NCBI GenBank assembly: GCA_013239625.1
Contig: MU053557.1
Coordinates: 5,777,842-5,841,841 of the forward strand
DNA length: 64,000 nucleotides
Direction of reading: 5' to 3'
DNA from: Lama guanicoe
Taxonomy: Eukaryota
Positions within the stretch are counted from its first letter, which is position 1. The number at the start of each line of letters is the position of its first letter. The notes beneath the pieces are model-generated. The model saw nothing but the letters and a program-made list of their open reading frames with translations. It was not told where the DNA came from and did no database searches. Below, in pieces: positions 37,801-49,390 of this stretch. A program made the translations under genes and the position numbers.

Positions 37801-39999
37801 CTTCAGCCATCCTCACTGCCGTTGTTATTATGTGCCTGACACTGTGCCAGGTGCTGGGGAAATGGCTCCAAAACGCTCCTCTCACAGGGATGCCTGCACG
37901 TCGGCCCCCATTTCAGCCTCCACCTTCTGCATTAGCCTTGCTGCCTCCACCCCCAGAGCCGGGCCTTGCAGTGGCCCCCTCAGCTCTGCAGGGCTACCCT
38001 CCACATCACCTCTCAAGCCAGCAGAAGAGAGTCCAGGCAACTGAAGCCTGTCACAGTCTGGCCACCTTCTCTCCCGGCCTCACCTCCCTCTGCCCTGCCA
38101 CACGTGCCCCAGCCTCAGCCTCTCCAGGGCCTTGTGGTTCTCCGGCTTCATCTCCAAGTGGTCCTGCCTTCTTGCCGTCACTGGGCCTTGATGGATGGAG
38201 TACCCTCTATTCATCAGAATGTCAAGCACTTCCTGTCAAAATCCTTCAAATCTGAAACATCATCCATCATCTCCAGGAAGCCCTCCCTCCTTCCCCTCAG
38301 CCAGGAGACCTGCCTTTGGCTCTGAATTTCCTTTTGTTTGTAGCTGTTCTTTACTCTCTGCACAATGGGCAGCCGTGGAGGGTTCCTGAGCAGGTGAGTA
38401 ACACACTCAGAGCTGCTCTTGAGAAGAATGGACCAGACCTTGGAGAGGTTGGAGACAGAGAGAGATTGCAGGTGGGGAGGCCAGATATGGAGTCTTCAGA
38501 GGAATGAGGGTCTAATCTTCCCAGCTGTTTTTCCCCTCTCTGCCTACTCTAGTCTCCCTGCTGTAAAATCAGAACCTGTGATTTCCCCGGTACTGGCTCA
38601 GTAAGTCGGTGGGAAAGTGAAAACTAGGACCCCACCCCTGACTCTGCAGTGCACCTCCCCAGGCCCTGATCCCCAGCATCCCTCAGGCCCTTTACTTCCT
38701 CTGCAGCCTCAAAGCAGGCTGGGGGCGCTGTGGACGATGAAGAAGCAGGGGAGGCCAGACTGTGCTTTGCGCTCCCCCAGCCTGTGTGCCAGGCCTCCCA
38801 GGGTCCAGCAGGTGCGCAGCAAGCAGCCCTGCTCCCTCATTCCCTGCCGAGTGGAGGAACCAGCCTGTACTTTTCAGTGAATCCCCATGACAACCCTGTG
38901 AAGCAGGCCCTGTTTTAACCCATTTTCTAGATGAGGAAACCAAAGCTTACGGAGATAAAGAGATCTGCCTGGCCTGCCTGGGTCAGGCAGCCACTGAATG
39001 GGAAAGTCAGAATTTGAACCCAGATCTGATTCCAAAGCCAGTGTCCCTCCTTCACCATGTAGGAAACAGCAGAAAGGATGTGAGGCTCCCAAGGCCACAT
39101 TCCCTGGGCCCACTCTTTGCAGCAGCCAACCACAGAAGGAGCCCTGGGAGACCTCGGAGGACCCTCAGGGCTGCACGGACAGGGGCCTCTGGTCCTGGGG
39201 GCCCTGCTTGGACTCACAGGAGGTCAGAGGAGGGAGGAGGGGAGGCTCCCAGCTCAGGAGGGAGCAGGGCTTATGTGAGGGACTGGCTGAAGGAATTTGG
39301 GTGTCTGGGCTCTGGTGCCAGGCCTATGCCTGACATTCTGTGCAACCCGGGCGAGCCCTTCCCTGTTCTGGGCTCAGGGACCCCTGACCTGAGATGAGCA
39401 CAGGAAGTTTGCTGAGGCTGGATGTCTTACAAGCTTTGGCCTGTGGTCAGAGGAGTGATGTGGATTTGGGGAAGATGGCGTTAGAGGACCCCTCTGCCAT
39501 CTGTGCTGAGGCTGGAGCAGGCTCTCTCCTGCCCAGAGTGAGGCTGTGCCCACACAGATGGGTGAGCTGAGTCTGAGCCCACACCCTCCATGGCTGTGTG
39601 GGGTCCTGGGAGTCAGCCTGCTGCCACTGAGAATGTGAGTAAGAGCACAGGGCCCAGCAGCTCGATCCACCACCTGCCCTACCACTCACCACCCTGTGAC
39701 TCAGGCAGGATTTACCTCTCTGTGCCTCAGTTTCCTCGTCTGGGCACAGCACTCACGTGGCCGGCCCACTGGAGTGTCAGGTAAAAGCCTTGGCCGAGCA
39801 CTGGCAGAGGCTCAGTGAGCGGCGGCCGTCACTATTGCAGTGGGTCCTGACACCCCCGTGCCTGCCCCGGGCTGCAGAGCAGGGTGGGTGTTCCAGGGCT
39901 GGAGCCCACATGGGGCCTGCCCCGGCCCCCCAGCTGGGTGGGGAGTCCTCCCTCCTTGGGAGGGAGACTTGAATTGGAGAGTTCCTGCCAAATCCTCCC

Positions 40000-40141
40000 T
40001 CCCGGCTTGGCAGTGTGAAGACAACGCCGGCCAAAAATATTTGTGTGGGTGGCGGAAAGTTAACTTTTCCGCCTCTCTCTTCTTTCCTGGAAACCGTGGC
40101 CACCGTCAAATACAGCAAAACAGAAGCAGGCATAGGGTGAG
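40000..40141 (+). promoter_or_regulatory. Candidate regulatory element and possible alternative first exon ~2.4 kb upstream of the first coding exon
   Basis: Unique sequence retaining CpGs; 23-bp quasi-palindrome at 40051-73; GAS site TTCCTGGAA at 40084-92; tandem donors AGG|GTGAGG (40136) and GAG|GTGAGG (40141). Confidence 0.4.
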
Positions 40142-42575
40142 GTGAGGCCCCGTGGGGCGTCAGAGGGAGCCCTGCCCCCCCCATGCCCACTCCTGCCTCC
40201 TGCCATCTGGCTCGATGGTGGGGTAGGTGGCAGGGGCGGGGCAGGGTGGTGAGGGGTTCCAAATGCTTAGAATCATGGCACTGTGCCACGCAAGGGGTTC
40301 AATGGACCGTCCAGCATCATCTGACTCAAGCCTGCTGGGATGCCTTCGGGCAAAGTGACTCCAGAGTGCAGAAGGCACCTGCCCACGGTCACAAAGCCAG
40401 TAATCTTTTCAGAATTCTACTGGATCTTCGTGAGGTTCTAAGGTTCTTTGAAACGCTAATGGCAGAAATGTGGTAGCGGCTGGTGAGTGAGAAAGAATTT
40501 GGAGAGGAGTGTGGCCTTGGAGCCATCTCTTCTACGTCTCTGTGTCCACCAGCACGGTCACGGTGTCAGGGCTGGATTTGGAGCCTGGCCCTATGGTTAC
40601 TAGCTGTGTGACAGGCCAGAAGTCACTTGGCCTCTCTGATCTTCAGTTGCCTCACCTCTGAAATGGGATAATAATAATGGTACCTCTCTCATAGGGTCGT
40701 TCTGAGGATTTCTTTCGACAACCTAAGTGAATAACCCAGCATGGAATAGGTGTTTAATATCGTGAGCACCCATTCTTCTCCAAGCAGAAAGTTGGCTTCT
40801 TTGTTCTGATTCCCCGGCCACTGAGGCTGCTGTAACAGGTGTCTGTTATCTTCCTGACAGCGACGCTTGTTTGCCTTCTCCTGGTTGGCGCTGATTTGCC
40901 CCGGAGTCTGGTAATGTGCTTATCTTTCCTCTGGCTTACCAGACTCTCTGGCACTGCTCCTGCCAGAGGCCGAGGCCTTGACCCAGCCTGCTGGGGTGGG
41001 GGGGTGCCTGACCCTGCCTTGGGGCAGAGGCGTGGCTTCCAGGTCAAGTACCACAGCAGCTGAGCTCAGCCCAGACCCCGAGGTCACCAACGTCCCCAGT
41101 GTTCACAATTCTGAGGCTTCTCACTGCCCACAAGGCAGCCAGTGTGTGTGCAGGGGTTCTCCTCTCCCCGTTCTGCAATAGGATAAGTGAGATTCAGAGA
41201 GTTCAGACTCTCTGAAGCTTCCACAGCTAAATAGTGATGAGATCCAAGATCTGCTAAGCAAGATTTATAAACTTCAAGGTTTCCTCCCATGTGTAATTGG
41301 CTCTACCTGCCCGTCCTGGGGCATCTTGTCCACTTCTGCTCTGTGCCTCCACAAAGGATTTTCAAACCTTTGTCTCCAACCTGGAACTCTCCCCTGATCT
41401 TTAGGCCTCCATGTGGAGATGACTGCTCATCTCCCCCGGAAATCCCAAATCAAACTCATTTCCCTGCTCCCCTGAACACCTGCTCCTTCCCATTTATTCC
41501 TGATCTCTATTAACGAAATCACGCTGTCGCCAGAGCGACGAACTGGGCTGAGTCCTAGCCGCCTCCCTCTTCCTCCACACCCACTCTCCATCTGCCTCCC
41601 AGCCCAGCCAATTCTTCCTCCCAAGTTTCTCTCCCATCCATCCCCTCCTTGCCTCCCTATAGGAAGCCTCCATCCCCTCTCTCCCGGATTAGCATCTTGG
41701 TTAACATTTCTAAATAATCATACTGTTATTATTATTGTCCGTGTTGTCATTCACAGCTCCTCCCACCAGATTTAAGGCTTCATGAGCCAGAGTACCATAC
41801 CTTCTTTATCCCCACCATAACTCCAGTACCTTTTATGGGGTCTGAAATACTATTGGAGCTCAATTTTTTTGTGTGTCATGCAAGAATAGCCATCATATAT
41901 TAAGTCATATCTCAGAAACTGTCCTAAGTTCTCTGCATGCCTTTTCTCACTTAATCCTCATTGCACCACTGCAATGGAAATATTACAGTTCCCATTTTAT
42001 AGATAGGGAAGCTGAAGTTCAGAAAGGTCAGCGCTGATGGAGGTGGGATTATAGGCCAAAGCCTGGGCATGCAAGCATATCACTGCACCATATCCCTCGG
42101 TGCAGAGCCTCCTTGGGGTGGGGTGGGGGGGTGGCCCCAGCCTTTTACTACCTGCACCACCATTCCTGTGGCATATGTACATTTGGCAACACATAAAAGA
42201 ATATTTCTTAGGAGATGCCCAGATAAGTATTTTTAAATAACCAGATACTTACTTAATGTACATTGAAGGGGAAATAACTTAGCACGACATAGCTGCAATT
42301 ACTGTTTAAGATAAGTCTAAAGTAATAGAAGTAAATTATTTAAAGTTGATTTACAGAAAGATATTAAGCAAATAAAGTGTCAGGTGGCACAAGGATAGGG
42401 CAAAAATTTGGGGTGTTGAATGACTGAGGCTCCGGACTTTCCTGTGGACACAAGAAACCCTTGCCCTAAACCCCAGTCAGTTTTCAGGATCCCCTTAAAG
42501 TGGACAGATCTCAGAAACTCAGCCAGGAACACCCGGTGCACTGTCTTATGTGCTGTTTCTTTTCTGCCCCTGCAG

Positions 42576-42810
42576 ACAGATCACCTTGAAGTGAATTCTC
42601 ACAGACCAGAAACCGGTGAAGAAAGAGGGCTTGGGGGTCCACCACCCCACCCAGCCCAGGAAGTCTCACAGTTGGACCTCGCCCCAGCTCTGTGAGTCGA
42701 CTGAGGGAGACAGAGCTGCAGACAGCCAGAGAGGAGCAGAGACCAGGGCTCACTCAGGCGACTCCGGCCCGGGCATCAGTTTCTCTGCGTCCCTCAGGAG
42801 AGGCAGAGCC
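42576..42810 (+). other. SYNPO: 5' UTR portion of the first coding exon of SYNPO
   Basis: Strong acceptor GTTTCTTTTCTGCCCCTGCAG|A ending at 42575; no ATG before 42811. Confidence 0.7.
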
Positions 42811-43207
42811 ATGCTGGGCCCCCACCTCCCACCCCCGCCCCTGGGACCCAGTGAAGGCAGGTCTACCCCCTGCACCTTTGGGATTCCTGATGGGAGCTAC
42901 AGGTGTCTGGCCTTGGAGGCCGAGGAGAGCGGCGGTGAGGAGGGCCTGCTGGGAGAGGCAGGGCTCACGGACTTGGAGGAAGACAGGGTGGCCAGCAGGA
43001 GCGGGGACAATGCCTGCAGAGCCACCCAAGGGGCACCACAGCTTCCCAGGGCCCTGGGCCTCCAGCCACCCAGCTGTTCCAGGGAGGCACGAGGGGATTC
43101 CCAGCATGACGACAGAGCCAGCCAGGACTGGGACACGATGAAGGCCCGGCAGGTGATGACAGCCAGCCTCAGCCCCAGCCTTGGGCCCAGGGTTGCCCAG
43201 AAACCAG
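42811..43207 (+). CDS. SYNPO: Synaptopodin long isoform, first coding exon (132 codons + 1 nt; CDS continues beyond the window)
   Basis: [40 protein letters not shown]...[10 protein letters not shown]...GPRVAQKP closely matches the human synaptopodin long-isoform N-terminus as I recall it. Kozak GCCATG; donor CCAG|GTAAGT falls where the similarity ends. Confidence 0.95.
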
Positions 43208-46200
43208 GTAAGTGCATGTCCCTTTTCCCCTGGACTGCCAGAGTCACAGGAGACCCCCATAGGTCCTTAACACAGGGGCTCCTGACCCTACTTTCCCATG
43301 ACACGTAACAGTGCATCAGAGCCGCACAGGCATGCCCAGATTAACAGCTGTGGACAGACAGGGGAGATGGTGCCACACGTGTTGTTCCAGCTGTACCACA
43401 GCAAAGTCCACTCTTCTCTGCCAAAGAGGGCACGTGAGAAGGCAGAGAGAGAAAGCCACGTTATCATGCTTGGTTAAAAAAAGTCCATCTCTCACTCTTG
43501 TCTGCCCTTTAATCACTCGTGCTAACAAATGACCTTGGAGTTTGAGCAAGTGATGGGGCGGGGCCACCTCACTGAATGTGTTGAGCACCAGCTCTTTGAG
43601 GGTGCTGGGGCTGCAGCACTGAGCGAAACAGACATGGTCACCGTGCTCGCGCAGCTTTTGAGGTAAAGACTGAGCCTTTGATCTAATCCAACCTCCTAAT
43701 TTGACAGCTGGGAAAACTGAGGCCCGGGGTCAGGAAGAGACTGCTCCAGGTCACTTGGCCTGTCTGTGGCTGAGCTGAGCCCTCACTCCTCACCCAGGCC
43801 TGGGTTTTCCATCTGTTAGAAATGACAGAGACAGGGCCCATGTCACCTGGGCTGCAGTGAGGGCCCAGGGCTGGGGAGAGCTGCACGGAAGGAAGGAAGG
43901 AATGATGATAAATTTCCCACAGGCGGCAGGAGTTGGAAGGGCAGGGCAGGACAGGGAAACCCACACTGAATCACCTCCACTGCCGGGCCCACGGCAACAC
44001 TGAAGTGGGTCCAGATGGGGAGGACGTGAGCCGGGCCATGCTTGCCTAGGCGGAAGCCGCTGCCAGCATATCCTGGGGGCGCAGGGTGTGCGGGGGACAC
44101 AGGCCTGGGAGGGCTTGTGCGTCAGGAACTGAAGGAGCACTTCATTTCTGTGCAGGCGTCGCTGACGCCCAGCCTGGCATCTCACCAGCCCTCCTGCCCA
44201 CTCTCTTTTCTGAAATAATTCTCTCCAGGCTCTGACCACCTCCCCGCCCCCAAGGCCACCATCCCCACCCCTACTCCCAGGCTTGGGTCATGCAGGGAGC
44301 CAGGCAGGAGTAAGGAGGGGCCTTCAGTGCATCTGGGGCAGGAAGGAGGAGGATCCGGCAGCCTTGAACTTGGAGACAGGCCTTCTCACCAGCGTCAGCC
44401 CAAATCCAGGTCCCCTAGAGCCTGAAGCCCCCAGGACCTGCTTCTCTTCCTCTCACAGACCATGGTGGGAGGAGGTGTCAGGAGACATGCGTGCTGGTTC
44501 TGGACCTGATGCCAACTAGCCAAACCCCAGGAAATCCCTTCCCAGTTTCTTCATCTGTGAAAACAAAACAAAAATAAGAGCCCTATCTACCTCACAGAGC
44601 TATGGTGAGGTTGCAGGGTAATCCAGACAAGCATGTAAGGGATGTTGATGATAATTAAAATGATCATCACCAGCTCAACGATACAACAGCTATTATTGTT
44701 AAGCCCTTCTGTGCCAAGTCTACCGTGCTAAGAGCTTTACACATATCACTTCATTTAATAACCATCCCCATAAGGGACATACTGTTCTCTCCATTACACA
44801 GATGAGAAGACTGAGGCCCAGAGAAGATAAGTGACATGTCCAAGACGCATGACCAGTAAGCTGCTAAGCTATGATTCAGTCACGGCATTTTGAATGTGGG
44901 GCTTTGCTCTTGGCCACCACTATATTCAGGATTTATACAGGGAGAGTGCTGTCTGCTGACATCCTGGAGCAGAAGAGACATGTATGGAGAGGGGAGAAGC
45001 AGGGCCTTCCACTAAGGCCCTCTGTTGGCTTTTCAGTGCAGCTGGCCCATTGCATAGTATCTCATTCTTGTTGATCTTACTCTAGCCTTCCAGGCAGGCA
45101 GTATTCTCCCCATTGTACAGGTGAGGCAACTGAGGCTCAGGGACTTAAGTCCCTTGCCCAAGATCACAGTCAGTGTTGGAGCTGAGACTGCGGTCTTATT
45201 CTTCCTGCCTCACAGTTTGCTTCATTTCTTTCTAGCCAGATGGTTATCTAGTTCTGTCCTGAACAGTTCTAGGGACAGAAGAGGCAGGAGAGAGCTCAAG
45301 AGGATGGAATTGTTAGGGAGGACTTCTCAGACATGGAGGCAGGAAGGAAGCTGGGTCTTGCAGAAGAGTGGAAATCTGGGTGGTCTTGGGACAGAGCCCA
45401 CACTGGCCTTTCTGCTCCCTTGGGAAAGGGAGTGGCCAGAGTCCCTTCTCTCTGCCTGGAGATCCGGAGGGAAGAGGCCTGTGGAGCTGCCAGGTTATTA
45501 GTGGATTAGGGCTTCCTTTTAAAGCTTCCTCCCATTACCGCCAGAGGATTATAAGCATCTTCAGACAATTACACCCATCCTTCCGCAATTATACCTGCCT
45601 CTCTTGAGTGCTCTCTGGCACTTGTAAGTATGGGTCATGGCATCGTATGCCTTGGGCATTCACCACTTGGGGTGGATGGGTTCCAGTGCCATATCTCTAA
45701 GGCCTGAGTACCAGCTGAGTAGGGCACAGTGGGGTTCATGGCAGGCTGGAAGGTCAGGGGACGCGAAGAGATGAGTTGGGCAGCAGCCTGCAGCTCAAAT
45801 TGCCTGCCATCACCTGCTGCTCCCTTGAGAGAATTACATGTGGGAAGGAAAGTGTCACGTAGGGCCCCTCATCAGTGGCGCTTAGTCCACAGCTCACCAA
45901 GACAGCCCCACACTACAGCTGCCCTTCCCACAAAGTCTCAGCTGGTCATAACTGGCAGCTTTTATTGAGATTACTGTGTAGATTCCACAGATGGTAAGCG
46001 ACTTGTCCAAGGTCACACAGTAAGTTGGTAGCAAAGCTAGAGTCGGAACCCAGGGTTTCCACCTCCCAGTTCCACTGCCAGGCCCTGTGCTAAATGCTTT
46101 ATATGGGTTATTTCATTTCATCCTCTAAACAACCATGTGAAGTTCATACTTTTCTTATCTCTGTTCACAGACGAGGAAACTAAGGCATAGCAAGTTTAAG

Positions 46201-47314
46201 TGACTTGTCAAAGTCTCAGGCCTGTGGGTGGTGGAGGAGCTGTGAGATCTGAGCTCCGGGAGGTCTGGCATATGCTTTTAACCACCCTCCATGCTGCTTT
46301 GTCTCCATGGAGACAAGCCAGCAGGCTGTGTTCTTCCACCCACCTGGGGCTGGGAAAATGGTCAGGCTCTGGGAGATGACGGGGGATTCTGCCAAGCCAT
46401 ATCCCCCTCCTCCTTGGAGATACTCAGGGAGACCTGGGATCCACTGCCGATTCAGCGCCTCCTCTGCCCTTGGCTTCGGGAGACCCACCTTCCCTCCTCT
46501 CCAGGCCATTTGTTTTAGAGAGTCCAGGGTATCTGGAGGGTTTAGAGAACTTCCCAATTCTAGTGGACACAGCTCTGAGCCTCTGGGGTGGGGATGAGGT
46601 TGCAGATCTGGGTTGTCAGGGGAGCCCTGCCCCTGGCCATGTCTATCTTGTTGAAGCAGAGGAATCAGCACCCATGATGAGAGCTGACAGTGGTCACTGG
46701 GCCAAGGACAAGGCCACTGCTCCTCAGGCCAGTGGAAAAGAGGGCAGACAGAGAGGTAAGGTGTCTACAATAGGGAGTGATGGTGTAGGAGCAGGGCTCA
46801 CAGGTTCACGTATAGCTTACACATGTCCCCACATATATATGCTCACCCCACACACACAAACTCATGTGTATGCACACGTGATGTACACACACCATGTTCT
46901 TCTGCAAACACTCACATGTAAATGCTCACACCTGCACACATGTGCATGCTCTCAGACACCACGGGGTAGACATTGGCACACACCATCCCATAGACCCACC
47001 CCCAGCCATGCATGCCTAACTCTCACACGTGGACACATGTATCAGATTTGCATACAGAAGACTCACCTGAAAATATACAAGCACACATATTCCCTCCCTT
47101 AGGTACAAATTAAAAGCATGTTCTTTTCTCCATTTTCTTTTGCTCACATACTTACACTTTGCAGTCTCTCTTGCATGCACACACTCTCTCCCTCAGGCAC
47201 ATCCACTCCACACACCCACTGTCACACACCCACGTACAAACCAAACCACTTTCTGTCCTCCGTCCTTTTCCCCATCTCTTTCACTTTCATACCCACCCAC
47301 GCAGTAATCCTAGC

Positions 47315-47339
47315 CTCTCTCTCTCTCTCTCTCTCTCTC
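47315..47339. repeat. (CT)n microsatellite
   Basis: Read directly. Confidence 0.95.
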
Positions 47340-48429
47340 CCACACAGTTTGTTTCCTGGTTTCCCACAGGCTGGGCTGTAACACGTGCCCTCACAGGCAG
47401 GCAATACCCTGCCTGATGCCAATCCCCAAGACCCCTTCTATGCCCACTCCCCCTTTCACCTAGGGTAGCCCCGCACAAGAGCAGCCACTGGGTCAGAGGA
47501 ATTCTTTGCAGCCATGAAGCCAAGCAGAGGGGCAGGAGCAGCCAGGAAGGGTTTGTCCCCTCTGTCACCTGACCCCAGGCACTCTAAGCCCACCTAATGG
47601 GGACAGAAGTCATCTCAGAACCAGGCCACTTGCAGCTCTGTAGTTTATAGAACCTTGGGTGGGTAGGCTTCCATCAGCACAGTTCCAGCTTCCTTCAGGA
47701 GAAATCTAAACACAGAACCTTGATATAAAAGACGTCAAAATGGAACCACCCTGGTTAAACCCTGGGTACTTGGAACCCAGGGAAACTTCGGTGAAAACCC
47801 AGAACAGCATTTTTTTCCAGTGTGGTTTTGTTTCAGAATTGCTGGGAGCGTTAAGGGTGCTTATTATCAGCCCTGTTTCCAAGCCCACTGCCAGCTCCTC
47901 CACCACTGGGAGGGGGCACCTGATTGCGGGAATCCTGACTTTCAACAGCGTCCCCACGTGATTCTGAAAAGCACTGACCCCCTGCCACGGGGCTCTCAGC
48001 GCCACTGCCCTTGTCGTTGCTGGCCCACCAGTTAAGTCAGGGGATGGCTCCAGACTGCCAGGGAGGTGACAACCCTCCTTAATCTCCATTTGCCAAAGTC
48101 CTACCAAGATGGACAGTTATTCCAGTTCCTGGGGCTGAGGTGGGGACAGGACAGGCCTGAGAGGGTACTGTATCTGGGTCTGAAAGGAAACGGCCTAGGA
48201 AGGTGGGGGCGGTGTCAGGTATGCGGATAGAATCACAAAGACATATTTAAAAGGGGGGTTACGTGAGAAGGATAGAGAAAAGAGAGGGAGATGAGATAGA
48301 TGGGTAGACATGGAGAAACTGATTGAAATAGAAAGAGGATTTAGGGACCGACCTAGAGATACAAAAATTGAGCAGGAAACAGAGAGACAGACAACCAGGC
48401 AGCAGAGAGAGAGGCCAGGGAGAGGAAAG

Positions 48430-49390
48430 GAGAGAGAGCGGGACCCGAGGGGAGACGAAGGCCGAGCCCGGGGAGAGGGAGGCGCACCTCGGAGGGCTGG
48501 GCGGGGCGCGCGGGCGGGGCGGCGCTAGGGCCCCGGGGAGCGGGCGGCAGGAGCGCCGCTCGCCCGCCCAGCGCTCCCGGCTCCGGGGGCTGGAGCAGCC
48601 CGCTAGGCGGTAGAAGGGGCTGTGGCGGCGGCACGGAGGGGGCGCCCGATGCGGGGCGGGGGTGGCGGGGCTCTCGGGGCGGGGCGCGCTGACGGACGCG
48701 GCCAGGTGCGCGGAGGTGGCGGCGCTGGTGAGCTCGGGGACCGCGCGCTGAGGCTGGAGGTGAGTGAGGGGCGCCGGCCTGGCAGGGGTGCCGGCGCCGA
48801 GCGAGCCTCGCCCCTTCCCACCTGCGCTGGTCCCGCAGCCGCCCAGGTGGAGGTGGCGCGTCTGGCTCCAGTCCCCGCACGCCAGGTGACCTTGGCCAAG
48901 TCGCTGTACACTCGGGGCCTCAGTTTCCCCATCTGTACGGTGGGGCGGAGGCGGGGGGCTGGAGAAATCTCGCAGCTCTGTAGCTGCTCGGTCCCGGGAG
49001 GACACCTCGAAGCCGGGAAGCTACTCCCCGGGGCTTCGTGGGAGCTCCAGACCTCGAGCGCCAGCGCGCAAGCGGGCCACGGCCGGGGCAGCCCCGGGCC
49101 CGCGGGTGGGCAGCAGCCGGAGGTCTGCGTGCCCCGGCCGGCTCCGGGGGAGAGGGGAGCGGCTTGACTCCAGAAAGCGGCGGGTTGGGCTCTGCCCTGG
49201 GTTAACCAACATGGGCGCCTGTGGGGCAGCGGGAACGGCGTGTGCTGGGCCCGCGCCCGCCCCTCTTTCCCGCGGGCGGGGCGCCCGGGTCTGGCCGTGC
49301 GGGCGAGGCTCGCAGGACGCGGAACGGGCAGACCGCGGGGCACACCGGCCCGGGCCCCACCTGGGGAAATCAAGGCCTTTCCTGAGCGCC
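48430..49390 (+). promoter_or_regulatory. SYNPO: Intragenic CpG island; probable alternative SYNPO promoter with a first-exon donor at 48759
   Basis: ~950 bp of very high GC and CpG, multiple GGGCGG boxes, G4-prone tracts, donor CTGGAG|GTGAGT at 48759/48760. Confidence 0.75.

Noticed and set aside
43208..43308. ORF read-through past the SYNPO donor
   Set aside because: Consensus donor at 43207; recalled protein similarity ends there, so this is intronic.
7342..47053. Scattered octamer ATTTGCAT sites
   Set aside because: Dispersed and close to chance frequency.
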